From Candidatus Woesearchaeota archaeon (lineage in GTDB: Archaea; Nanobdellota; Nanobdellia; SCGC-AAA011-G17; UBA489): a DNA stretch of 64,000 nt. The position numbers and the translations under genes were made by a program. This document shows, piece after piece, positions 19,340 through 28,749 of the stretch. The DNA lies in the NCBI GenBank assembly GCA_018302985.1, contig JAGVZA010000004.1:38757-102756 (forward strand), written 5' to 3'. The notes beneath the pieces were generated by a model. That model was not told where the DNA came from, searched no databases, and saw only the letters and a program-made list of their open reading frames with translations. Position 1 is the first letter of the stretch; every line of letters begins with the position of its first letter.

Positions 19340-20290
19340 ATGATAACTATACATCCTATTCCAAGAAAAGTTATTCGTTGGGGAGAATTATGTGCAACAC
19401 ACCCTCCTTTTTCTATAGCGTTAGATGGCTATGTTTTTGGTCAACCTCGCTATTTAGAACCTTTACAAGGAGGACCAAAAGCAAATTTTAATCATCATGA
19501 AGAAGTGGATAGACTAGGCACTCGATGCACTACTGCTCAAGTTTATATGGCTATTAAAAATGGATTATTCTCTACTTTTAGAAAAGATGGACAACCCCAT
19601 GCAGAACTTTATGTAAATGATCCTGATCAAGATGTCGGAGGAAGCACTTGGCTTTTTCTGAACCATGAACGTATCAAAGATACAAAAAGCGAGCCTCTTA
19701 TCAACAAATTAATTAATTTACTTGATTTCTTAGATGTTACTGGGGGTTGTTTTCCTTTAGATCCTGATTCTACTACTATACGCCAATATAACTGGATTTT
19801 TGAACCTTATACTGAGGCACGTAAATTGGGTCGTCTTCCTTCTATGACTTCTGTTGAAATGCGCAATATTCTTGATGCTGTTCATAGTCGTATTAGTCAT
19901 TATACTCTTGGCAGAGCGCAAGAAATTCCTAGTGAAACAGGCTATGAAGTGCTTGGCGGCAACCATCGCTGGAAAATTGTTCAAGAAAAGGGAACTCAGA
20001 CTCGTATGCAGCTTATGAAAGACGGCATTACAGCATTTGCCTCACTTTTAGGACAGAGACAAGATGGCAATTGGACCTATACTTTATGCAGACAATCAGT
20101 CTTTATTCCTTTTCCACTTCTTCAGTTATATGAACATCTTAATACTCTGGAGGGAATCACTGACTCAGTTTTAGGTTGGGGTGGTGGAGATACTATTGGC
20201 GGATCACCTCGAGAAGCTGGTAGCAAACTCAATCCACAAAAGCTTGAAGAAGCTATTACTCAATTTTTACGTGAAACTAATAGATTATAA
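19340..20290 (+). CDS. Conserved hypothetical protein, possibly DHH-like phosphoesterase
   Basis: ALDG, NHH, NDPDQD, D..G and C-terminal WGG...IGGSPR motifs. Confidence 0.55.
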   Translation: MITIHPIPRKVIRWGELCATHPPFSIALDGYVFGQPRYLEPLQGGPKANFNHHEEVDRLGTRCTTAQVYMAIKNGLFSTFRKDGQPHAELYVNDPDQDVGGSTWLFLNHERIKDTKSEPLINKLINLLDFLDVTGGCFPLDPDSTTIRQYNWIFEPYTEARKLGRLPSMTSVEMRNILDAVHSRISHYTLGRAQEIPSETGYEVLGGNHRWKIVQEKGTQTRMQLMKDGITAFASLLGQRQDGNWTYTLCRQSVFIPFPLLQLYEHLNTLEGITDSVLGWGGGDTIGGSPREAGSKLNPQKLEEAITQFLRETNRL

Positions 20291-20335
20291 TTTATCATCC
20301 AAATATTTATATAGCTCATCTCCCGGATTATTTTT

Positions 20336-21295
20336 ATGCCTAAAAAGAGTGCTTCTGTAGTTCGTAATGTGATTATCATTGGTGGAGGGATAGCAAGCCA
20401 TACTGCTGCCCTGTATACTAGTCGTGCAACTTTACAACCCTTAGTTATAGCAGGCATCGAACCTGATCAATTGAGCACTACGTCTATTGTTGAAAATTTT
20501 CCAGGGTTTCCTGAAGGCATTAATGGACCAGACTTAATTACTAATTGTAAAAAACAAGCTGAACGTTTTGGCGCTGAATATATGGATGGCAAAGCTGACA
20601 GTTGCGTGAAAACTAAAGAGGGATTTTTTGAAGTTGGTGTAGATGGCAAGAAGTTTTTGACGAGAACAGTTATTATTGGAACAGGTGCTAGTGCACGTTC
20701 TTTAGGTATTCCAGGAGAAAAAGATTATTGGGGCAGAGGAGTAAGTACCTGTGCTACTTGTGATGCAGCCTTGTTTAGAAATAAAACTGTCGCTGTTATA
20801 GGTGGCGGAGACTCTGCTATGGAAGAAAGCTTAGCTTTGTACAAGTTTGCAGCTAAGATCTATATTGTGCATAGAAGAGACGAATTCAAAGCCAGCAAGA
20901 TTATGCAAGATCGTGTTTTAAAACTTAAAGACAAAATAGAAGTTATCTGGAACACTTTACCTACTAAAGTTCTTGGCACTGGCAAATTAGTCTCTGGTCT
21001 TACCTTACAAGAGGTCAATACTAAAAAAGAACGAGAGTTGAAAGTTGATGGTATGTTCTTAGCTATTGGTCATACTCCTAACACAGCAATTTTCTCTAAG
21101 CTCATTGCTTTAGATGAGCATGGCTATGTTGTTACTGACAAACGATCAAGAACAAGTCAAGAAGGAATTTATGCTTGTGGCGATGTGCAAGATCCTATTT
21201 TCAAGCAAGCGATTACCTCTGCAGGCACTGGTTGTCAAGCTGCTCTAGAAGCTGAGAAATACATAGAACAATTGAAAGCGACTGGTAAATATTAA
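20336..21295 (+). CDS. trxB: Thioredoxin reductase
   Basis: CATCD active site, GGGDSAMEE, HRRD, GDVQD. Confidence 0.97.
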   Translation: MPKKSASVVRNVIIIGGGIASHTAALYTSRATLQPLVIAGIEPDQLSTTSIVENFPGFPEGINGPDLITNCKKQAERFGAEYMDGKADSCVKTKEGFFEVGVDGKKFLTRTVIIGTGASARSLGIPGEKDYWGRGVSTCATCDAALFRNKTVAVIGGGDSAMEESLALYKFAAKIYIVHRRDEFKASKIMQDRVLKLKDKIEVIWNTLPTKVLGTGKLVSGLTLQEVNTKKERELKVDGMFLAIGHTPNTAIFSKLIALDEHGYVVTDKRSRTSQEGIYACGDVQDPIFKQAITSAGTGCQAALEAEKYIEQLKATGKY

Positions 21296-21852
21296 TTTAG
21301 TAATTGCTGAAGGGAAATAGATCTACTAAGGGCTTGTGCCTCTTGTTGTCTTTGTTGTCTTAACTTTTCTATTCTTTGTTCTAATATTCCTATTTCATCT
21401 TCACATCTTAAATGTCCTTCTACATTTTGTGCCATAATTGCTTGGTATCTGTCCATCCATTCTCTTATTTTTGCATCAGCAACATTTTCTCCACTTACTA
21501 CTTCAAATCTTCCTCTCCCAATTATTAGATGCCTATCTTCTACTTTCAAGGTATTCGCTGGGTCTATTTTTACTATAAGATCTACAATGGTTCCCGGACT
21601 GTATAATCTACAGCTTTCTTCTACTTTTGACCCATCATATTCTCTTACTCCCACATCATAATTTCTTGTGAATATTCGAAGGGATTCTACCAGCCATTGT
21701 CTCCTTATTACCTCTCTTGAAAATCTAAGATTAGACTCTCCAATTGCTTGATCTACAAGTAAATTATTATTTTCATCAGCAACAACTAGCACTTGCTCAG
21801 CTTTATCCTTTCTGTTTTTAAGAGTGTAGAGTCTTAGATCTGTCATTGTCAC
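21292..21852 (-). CDS. Hypothetical protein with C-terminal coiled coil
   Basis: 186-aa ORF sharing a TTAA stop overlap with trxB. Confidence 0.65.
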   Translation of the reverse strand: MTMTDLRLYTLKNRKDKAEQVLVVADENNNLLVDQAIGESNLRFSREVIRRQWLVESLRIFTRNYDVGVREYDGSKVEESCRLYSPGTIVDLIVKIDPANTLKVEDRHLIIGRGRFEVVSGENVADAKIREWMDRYQAIMAQNVEGHLRCEDEIGILEQRIEKLRQQRQQEAQALSRSISLQQLLN

Positions 21853-21923
21853 TACTATTAAGTTATATATTACTTATAAAGCTTTCCATCATTTTTATAT
21901 ATAATGTTGATTCCTGCCTTCTT

Positions 21924-22319
21924 ATGCTTACTCTTCAAATCCTGGCATTCTTGGGATTTCTAGTTTCCCTCTATGCTTACACTGTAGAACGCAATGCTAG
22001 AAATCCTGACTACAAAGCTTTCTGTGATTTTAAAGATTCTATGTCTTGTACCAAGGCTTTTACTAGCCCTTATGGAAAACTCTTTGGAGTTTCGAATGCT
22101 TTAGGAGGATTAGTGTTTTATGCAGTGACTTTTCTTCTTACTTTCTTTGGACAAACTACTTTTATTTTTATTCTTTCTCTGGTTTCCTTCTGGGGAACAC
22201 TCTACTTAGCATATCTTTCTTATTTCAAAATGAAGAACTTCTGTGTGGTGTGCCATATTATTTATGTGATTAATCTTCTCTTATTTATTTTTGCAATACG
22301 CGTTTTACTTGCGGCTTAA
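21924..22319 (+). CDS. Vitamin K epoxide reductase (VKOR) family protein
   Basis: CD....SC...FTSPYG loop, SN...G, C-terminal CVVC. Confidence 0.93.
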   Translation: MLTLQILAFLGFLVSLYAYTVERNARNPDYKAFCDFKDSMSCTKAFTSPYGKLFGVSNALGGLVFYAVTFLLTFFGQTTFIFILSLVSFWGTLYLAYLSYFKMKNFCVVCHIIYVINLLLFIFAIRVLLAA

Positions 22320-23074
22320 CTTTTACTAGAAGTCCATAATAAGTTAAAGTACTCAATAAAGCTCTTTGCAACATCAGCAGACTTAATGGAGATCGCACTC
22401 ATTTTCCTGCCAAAAATAATAATAATTGTTTTATTTTTATAGACATTAATAGCAACTGGCGAAGTATGCTGGATATATCTTGTTGTAGTATCTGGATATT
22501 TTTTTGAAGAATAGAGTTGTTCAGTAGACTCTTTTTGGCTTAGATTAAATAACATTTTTGTTTTTATTCCTTTCTCTCTTCTCCAGATATGTACTTTTTC
22601 AAAGAATGCTTGCACTATTTCTTCATCAACTCCTTTAGTGCCACCAATAACATAGCAAGTATCTCCCTTATGCATAGCCTCAATCTGCTCCTTGAAAATG
22701 AGCTCTAATCCTTTTAATCCACTGATGAGTTCTACTTCTTGTTCCTCTTTTGATGATCCATAGAGACTTAGTAAATTAGGAAGAATTGATTTTACTTCTG
22801 CTTCTGTCCTGGAAATCTGTTGTTTTTTATCTTCCAAATATCCTAAAATCTGCTTGGGATTAGTGGGTTTAAAATGTTTAATGTTATTCTGCATGTATAT
22901 AGAGACTAGACCTTTTCCCTGGAGTTTTTCTAGAATCTCATAGACTTTTGATCCTGAAATTCCTGATTTATTTACTATTTCTCCTCTGGTTGAGTCTCCT
23001 AATTCTAAAAGCGCCAGATAGACTTTGGTTTCAGACTCTGTTAGTCCTATTTCCTTCAGTATTTCAGTTCTCAT
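22316..23074 (-). CDS. TrmB-family transcriptional regulator
   Basis: GLTESETKVYLALLELG...KVYEILEKL..KGLVS. Confidence 0.92.
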   Translation of the reverse strand: MRTEILKEIGLTESETKVYLALLELGDSTRGEIVNKSGISGSKVYEILEKLQGKGLVSIYMQNNIKHFKPTNPKQILGYLEDKKQQISRTEAEVKSILPNLLSLYGSSKEEQEVELISGLKGLELIFKEQIEAMHKGDTCYVIGGTKGVDEEIVQAFFEKVHIWRREKGIKTKMLFNLSQKESTEQLYSSKKYPDTTTRYIQHTSPVAINVYKNKTIIIIFGRKMSAISIKSADVAKSFIEYFNLLWTSSKS

Positions 23075-23123
23075 TAGTCCCCCATAAGGGTACCCTAATA
23101 TTTAAATATTATTGTTTTAATAT

Positions 23124-23136
23124 ACTATTAATTAGT
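23124..23136. promoter_or_regulatory. Candidate TrmB operator ACTATTAATTAGT (within TACT-N7-AGTA)
   Basis: Reverse complement of the 1793-1805 motif, again between TrmB and a methyltransferase. Confidence 0.5.
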
Positions 23137-23159
23137 AGTTACATATTACCAAAATTAAA

Positions 23160-23933
23160 ATGAAAGAAAAATTAGTATATGACCGAAAAGAAGGGGAAGA
23201 GGATATTTACGCAGCCTGGCTTAGAAATGCTGATGAAAGGCAGGTACTTGAAAGAGCGTTAGAGGAAAGACTTGATGAATGGTGTTTGACTCAGAGCGAT
23301 AAACCTTTTGAAATTGTAGACATAGGTTGTGGAAGAGGCTCTGCAGCAGCAAAACTGTTTAAAGTACTAGAAAAAAGAGGCATAGTATATCAATATACAG
23401 GAGTTGAACCTTCACAAATTCAGTTAGATCAGTTTAGGAGCAAACTTGGAGAAGATAAAAATAAGAGATTAGTATGTTCTACCTTGGAAGAATTTGACCC
23501 AACTGAAACCTTTGATCTGACTTATGCAGTTCATCCTCTTTACTATGTCCCAGATATGGTTACTGCACTAAAGAAAATGCTCTCTTTTTCTAGAAGATTA
23601 TTGATTGCACATCATGGAGTAAAGGGAATTAACGAAGCTCACCAACAATTTAGACAATATGTAAGGAAGGGTCCACATATTATTAGCACTCACGAAGATG
23701 TAACTAGAGCACTTGATGAACTAGGGGTTGATTATATGCTACAAGTTTACCCAACTAGAACTAATATTCAATCTTGTAAAGACCCTAATAATCCTGAAGG
23801 GAGAAACATGATAAAATTCTTCTTAGAGCAACCAGACTTACCAGAAAGTGTCATTGAAGAGGTAAGCAAATATTTTTCAAGAACTAAATTAGATTATATG
23901 ATTCATGATTTAGGATTGATTATAACAAAATGA
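23160..23933 (+). CDS. Class I SAM-dependent methyltransferase
   Basis: IVDIGCGRG, GVEPS, FDLTYAVH.LYY. Confidence 0.88.
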   Translation: MKEKLVYDRKEGEEDIYAAWLRNADERQVLERALEERLDEWCLTQSDKPFEIVDIGCGRGSAAAKLFKVLEKRGIVYQYTGVEPSQIQLDQFRSKLGEDKNKRLVCSTLEEFDPTETFDLTYAVHPLYYVPDMVTALKKMLSFSRRLLIAHHGVKGINEAHQQFRQYVRKGPHIISTHEDVTRALDELGVDYMLQVYPTRTNIQSCKDPNNPEGRNMIKFFLEQPDLPESVIEEVSKYFSRTKLDYMIHDLGLIITK

Positions 23934-23955
23934 GATTTAAGGAGGAACAACAACA

Positions 23956-24384
23956 ATGACAACCATCAAACAACGACTTATGAACTTAGGAAAAACTATT
24001 AAAGATGCTGCTTACTGGACTACTTATTATACAGTAGGATTTAGCAGCGTAAACGGCTTAGGAAACGGTCTTGCAAATTACCAGCAAGGAAAGGATTTTA
24101 GTGATGGTTTTGGTGAAGCTTATGTTAATAACTTTGCACCAGGATTAGCAATCAACTTACTTTACCCTATGGCACACAACCTTATGCAGAAGACAGATCA
24201 TTATCGTCTCTTTGCAAACTTATTTAATGTAGCAGTTGGAGCAGCATTTGTAGGTCTACATGCACATTTGGGAACAGAGAATCCTTTGACAGCAGTTCTT
24301 CCCTCAATAGGTGCTGGAGCTGTTATGACTAATGCACAAGTAAGCCAAGTGCAACGAACTCTTGAAAAGAGAATACAAGAATAA
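23956..24384 (+). CDS. Hypothetical membrane protein
   Basis: AAGGAGG RBS; Gly/Ala-rich hydrophobic segments; ends TLEKRIQE. Confidence 0.7.
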   Translation: MTTIKQRLMNLGKTIKDAAYWTTYYTVGFSSVNGLGNGLANYQQGKDFSDGFGEAYVNNFAPGLAINLLYPMAHNLMQKTDHYRLFANLFNVAVGAAFVGLHAHLGTENPLTAVLPSIGAGAVMTNAQVSQVQRTLEKRIQE

Positions 24385-24409
24385 ATAGGGTATTTGACAG
24401 ATAATTTTT

Positions 24410-24805
24410 CTATTTGTAGACTATTTCTAATTTTATTCTTTCTGGATCTTCAAAGAACACTGCATAATAGTCTTTTGTGTATTCTGGAAATGCTTTTGGA
24501 GTGTTATAGAGAGTTTTTATTTTTCTTTTTGCTAGAAACTCTTTGGTAAATTTATCTACCTCTTCTTTTTTCTCTACTTTGAATGCAATATGATTTAAAC
24601 CAGGATCTTTTCTATGGAATTTTTTTATTTGATGCTTTTCCTCTGTTTTCATTATCCAAAAATCTACTGTCCCATTAGTCATCCCTAGATATTCTTCATC
24701 CTCATCGATGATTCTATACTCAAAATACTGCAGCAACTCTTTATAGAAATGAATTGCACTTGGAGTAGTAACATTAATTTGTAAGTGATAGACTGATGCT
24801 TTCAT
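24410..24805 (-). CDS. VOC (glyoxalase/bleomycin resistance) family protein
   Basis: H.QI.V, GLNHIAF, YYAVFFEDP..IKLE. Confidence 0.9.
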   Translation of the reverse strand: MKASVYHLQINVTTPSAIHFYKELLQYFEYRIIDEDEEYLGMTNGTVDFWIMKTEEKHQIKKFHRKDPGLNHIAFKVEKKEEVDKFTKEFLAKRKIKTLYNTPKAFPEYTKDYYAVFFEDPERIKLEIVYK

Positions 24806-24869
24806 ACCTTATCCACTAAAGATATATTTAAATACCTTTTCTTCTTTCCAAATCAAAAGGTGTTACAAA

Positions 24870-26006
24870 GTGGTTGAAGTTGATGATTTTGGTCCTGAAA
24901 AAATTCTAGAAGTGTATAATCCTAAAGTAGGTTTGCACGGCTATCTTGTAATCGATAACACTGCGTTAGGTCCAGGCAAGGGTGGCATTAGAATGACTCC
25001 TTCAGTTTCTATGGATGAAGTTGCTAAATTAGCTAGAACTATGACTTGGAAATGTGCGTTAGCAGACTTGCCTTTTGGCGGTGCTAAGTCAGGTATTATC
25101 GCAGATCCCAAAGTGATTACTAAACAAAAAAAGATGGAATTAGTTAAAGCTTTTGCAGAAGCATTGAAACCTCTTTGCCCTTCACAATATATTGCTGCTC
25201 CAGATATTAATACAGCAGAAGAAGAAATGAAAGTGTTTGTTCAAGCTAATGGTTCTTTGAAAAGTGCTACTGGAAAACCTTCTGCAATGTGTGTTAAGCC
25301 CGGAGAAAAATGCGGGATTCCTCATGAATATGGCAGCACTGGTTTTGGCGTTTTTCACGCAGCTAAAGTTGCTGTTGAATTTCAAGGTGAATCTCTTAAA
25401 GGAAAGACAGTAGCTATTGAAGGATTGGGCAATGTTGGAACTTTCGCGGCACAATATTTCTCAGAAGCTGGAGCAAACATAGTCGCTATATCAGACAGTA
25501 AAGGCGTTATATATAATGCACAGGGACTCCTTTACAAAAAAGTGTTGCAAGCAAAACAAAAAATGGGCTCTGTTATTAATTATCAACCTGGAAAAATACT
25601 TTCCACTTCAGATATTGTAGGCTTAAATGTGGATATCTTAGTTACTGCAGCGATTCCTGATTTAGTTACTTCTAGCAATGTCCAAAGCTTGAAAGCAAAA
25701 TATGTCATTGAAGGAAGCAATATTCCCATGAGTGCAGCTATGGAACACATCTTATACAAAAAAGGTATTCTTGTAGTTCCTGATTTTGTAGCTAATGCTG
25801 GCGGCGTGATTTCTTCGTATGCAGAATATAGAGGTAGAAACCCAGAGGAAATGTTCAAGTTAGTTGAGAAGAAAATTGTGAAGAATACTACTCTAGTTCT
25901 AGAAAAGGCTAAGAAGAATGGCACTAAATTACGCGATGCAGCCATGCAAATCGCAGTGGAACGCGTTCTAAAACATTGCAAGACTTGTAGAACACCAAAA
26001 CAGTAA
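24870..26006 (+). CDS. gdhA: Glu/Leu/Phe/Val dehydrogenase (glutamate dehydrogenase-like)
   Basis: GPGKGGIR, GGAKSG, APD, G.GNVG, PDFVANAGGV. Confidence 0.9.
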   Translation: MVEVDDFGPEKILEVYNPKVGLHGYLVIDNTALGPGKGGIRMTPSVSMDEVAKLARTMTWKCALADLPFGGAKSGIIADPKVITKQKKMELVKAFAEALKPLCPSQYIAAPDINTAEEEMKVFVQANGSLKSATGKPSAMCVKPGEKCGIPHEYGSTGFGVFHAAKVAVEFQGESLKGKTVAIEGLGNVGTFAAQYFSEAGANIVAISDSKGVIYNAQGLLYKKVLQAKQKMGSVINYQPGKILSTSDIVGLNVDILVTAAIPDLVTSSNVQSLKAKYVIEGSNIPMSAAMEHILYKKGILVVPDFVANAGGVISSYAEYRGRNPEEMFKLVEKKIVKNTTLVLEKAKKNGTKLRDAAMQIAVERVLKHCKTCRTPKQ

Positions 26007-27362
26007 CTATACTTTCAAATAATATTCTGCTAATACTTTTAATGCTGCTGCTGCGTTATTAGGATAGGTGAAGCAAGGAATTTGATGCTTTTCGAGAATG
26101 TTTTTGTACTTCTGCGTGAAGTCTCCACCCATAGAAATAACTGCCATAGGTTTTTTCTTGAGCTTGTTAGCATGGATAACAATGTCTACTATATTAGTGT
26201 CTAATTCTGGTGTTTGATATAATATAATCAATAGAATCATATCGCTATTTTTATCTTTTAAACAAGCATCGAGTGCTTTTTCATAATCTTCAGCATGCGC
26301 ACTGCCTGTGAGATCAATAGGATTTTTGACGATGTATGTAGATGGAAATTGTTTTTTGAGTTTTTTTATGGTTTCTTGTGTTGGCTCTTCCATGATTAGA
26401 TTCATTTTATACAAATAATCTGCAGCCAGAATACCGAAGCCACCACCATTGGTAATGATCTGTACTTTTTTTCCTTTAGGAGCGAATGATTTTTCTAAGA
26501 TTTTAGCATAATTAAATAAATCTTCCAAAGTTTCTGCTACGATGACTCCTGCCTGCTTCATGGCACCTTTGAATACTTCGAATGAACCTGCTAAGGATGC
26601 TGTGTGAGATAAAGCAGCTTTTGCACCTGCACTGGTTGTTCCTCCCTTTAAGATAATGACTGGTTTTTTCTTTACCACTTGATGAGCAACTCGCAAAAAT
26701 CTTTTACCCTCTTTAATAGACTCAGCATAGATACAAATGACCTCTGTTAATGGATCATTTCCTAGATACTCAATTAAATCTGCTTCGTTGATATCTGTTG
26801 CATTTCCATAACTGACAAATTTAGCAAAACCATAATTTTCTTTAGCCATTAAATCTAAAACTGTTGATCCTGTGGCTCCTGATTGCGTGATAAAAGAAAT
26901 TTTTCCATCTTTTGGGCGAACTAAACGAGAAGCTGGCAAGAACAAAGTATCAACACCTGCATGATTATTCAATAACCCCAGACAATTAGGACCTATTAAA
27001 CGAATTTTATATTTTGCGCATATCTTTTTTAGTTGCTCTTCTGCTTTGTGATTACCAATTTCACCAAAACCAGCAGTTATCATGACCACTTGTTTTATTT
27101 TTTTCTTTCCACATTCTTCTAAAGCATTGAGAGCAATTGCAGCAGGAACAGCAATAACAGCCAAATCAATAGATTCCTTGACCTCTAGAATGGAAGGATA
27201 ACATCTTTCATTTAAAACTACTTTTGCTTTTGGATTAATGGGGAATATTTTTCCTTTATAGCCTGCATCACGCAGATTCTTGAGAATAACAAAACCAACT
27301 TTATGATGGTCTCGAGAAGCCCCTATGATTGCTATTGCTTTAGGATTAAAAAACTTGTCCAT
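26007..27362 (-). CDS. acdA: Acetate/acyl-CoA ligase (ADP-forming), alpha subunit
   Basis: IGAS, GPNCLG, QSGA, SHTASLAG phospho-His motif, NPIDL. Confidence 0.92.
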   Translation of the reverse strand: MDKFFNPKAIAIIGASRDHHKVGFVILKNLRDAGYKGKIFPINPKAKVVLNERCYPSILEVKESIDLAVIAVPAAIALNALEECGKKKIKQVVMITAGFGEIGNHKAEEQLKKICAKYKIRLIGPNCLGLLNNHAGVDTLFLPASRLVRPKDGKISFITQSGATGSTVLDLMAKENYGFAKFVSYGNATDINEADLIEYLGNDPLTEVICIYAESIKEGKRFLRVAHQVVKKKPVIILKGGTTSAGAKAALSHTASLAGSFEVFKGAMKQAGVIVAETLEDLFNYAKILEKSFAPKGKKVQIITNGGGFGILAADYLYKMNLIMEEPTQETIKKLKKQFPSTYIVKNPIDLTGSAHAEDYEKALDACLKDKNSDMILLIILYQTPELDTNIVDIVIHANKLKKKPMAVISMGGDFTQKYKNILEKHQIPCFTYPNNAAAALKVLAEYYLKV

Positions 27363-27375
27363 TATTTCCCTCTTT

Positions 27376-27930
27376 TTATTTACTTACGAAGCCTAATGTA
27401 ACTTCAGGATATGCGCCCTGCACTACTGATTCTTGCAAGATCTTACAAGCAATTTCAATTTCTTTTCCTTCTTCTACACTGCCGATTATATCTTTGCTGT
27501 TTTTGAATTGTTGTTCTTCACTTTCATTTGGCTGTACAAATATTCCTACAATCTTTTCTTTTTCTATAGCATATTTTTCTAGAAGTACAACTGCCTCTGC
27601 AAGCTCTACGTTACTCTTGAAACTGACTCTTATACTTCCTTCGCTGAATTTGAGTACTTTACTTGCATCTTTCGTTAACTTCTTCCATTGCTCCTCACAT
27701 TCTGCCTCTGTTTGTTTTTTTACTTCTGCAGGAGGAGTTATAGTTGGAGGTATTGCTGGTGGAGCTTGATAGGTTTCTTTTGCAAGTTTAGCATCTTGAG
27801 GGATTATTTGTTGATAAAAATTCTTCTTCTGCATTTGTTCGTCTGCTGAGGGCGATGCCGCAAAATCTTGCGCACAAGCAGTAATACCTAACAATAATAT
27901 GCCTAGAATTATAATCATCTCTTTTTTCAT
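27376..27930 (-). CDS. Putative lipoprotein
   Basis: Signal peptide ending LLGITAC. Confidence 0.7.
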   Translation of the reverse strand: MKKEMIIILGILLLGITACAQDFAASPSADEQMQKKNFYQQIIPQDAKLAKETYQAPPAIPPTITPPAEVKKQTEAECEEQWKKLTKDASKVLKFSEGSIRVSFKSNVELAEAVVLLEKYAIEKEKIVGIFVQPNESEEQQFKNSKDIIGSVEEGKEIEIACKILQESVVQGAYPEVTLGFVSK

Positions 27931-28079
27931 AAGATGCTGATTACTCTGCTTCTTTAATAAGGTTGCGGTATTCTTTTTTGCTCTTTTCTACATATATACT
28001 AAGTCATATAAAACCTTATATACTTCTTTCCCTAAGAAATTATTATGGGTTTAGAGTTAACTAATTCGGAGGACAACCC

Positions 28080-28730
28080 ATGAAAAGATTATATCAAATA
28101 TTAATTTTGTTTTTGTTCGTGTATGTTACCTTTGCATTTGGCAAGGATTTATACACAACTGATAAAGTTTCGTTTACAACTACTAGCGAAGCAACTGATA
28201 ACACGCCTTTAGCACAAGGTGCAGCAATTCTCTCTGCCAAACATGATCTTGTAGATCTTTCTACAGGAACTGTTATTAAGGCTCAAGGTTCAGTAGCAGC
28301 AGAGGAAACAGCAGAAACAACGTCTGCAGAAACTAGTGATCCTACAGCACCATCAGCTCCTGTTACTAACACAGAAGTTCAACAAGATCCACAAGACCCA
28401 ACTCCTGAAGGCTTTTCTTTAGGTTACTTTTTACTGGGAACGACGGACAGCCAAGCAGTTTTTTGGGGTATTTTCGATAGCAAAACCAGCACACTTCAAG
28501 GAGAGGTTCACTTCTATGACCATCCTGAACTTCGACGTGTAGGCTTAGGTACTTATGCACCTACAAGCCAAGATGCTGGATCATTGTCCCTTCACTTTTC
28601 AGACCCTGCTAACCCACAAGATCCTGGTCTAGACTGGACTGGAACTTATGATAATAGTGGATGGACTATTGTAAATACTCAAAACCCAGAAGTTAGCTTG
28701 AGTGGAAGAGTATTCCAAGCTCCTTATTAA
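28080..28730 (+). CDS. Secreted hypothetical protein
   Basis: GGAGG RBS, signal peptide, T/P/E-rich linker, beta-rich C-terminal domain. Confidence 0.7.
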   Translation: MKRLYQILILFLFVYVTFAFGKDLYTTDKVSFTTTSEATDNTPLAQGAAILSAKHDLVDLSTGTVIKAQGSVAAEETAETTSAETSDPTAPSAPVTNTEVQQDPQDPTPEGFSLGYFLLGTTDSQAVFWGIFDSKTSTLQGEVHFYDHPELRRVGLGTYAPTSQDAGSLSLHFSDPANPQDPGLDWTGTYDNSGWTIVNTQNPEVSLSGRVFQAPY

Positions 28731-28749
28731 GAAAACTTTTTTTCTTTTT

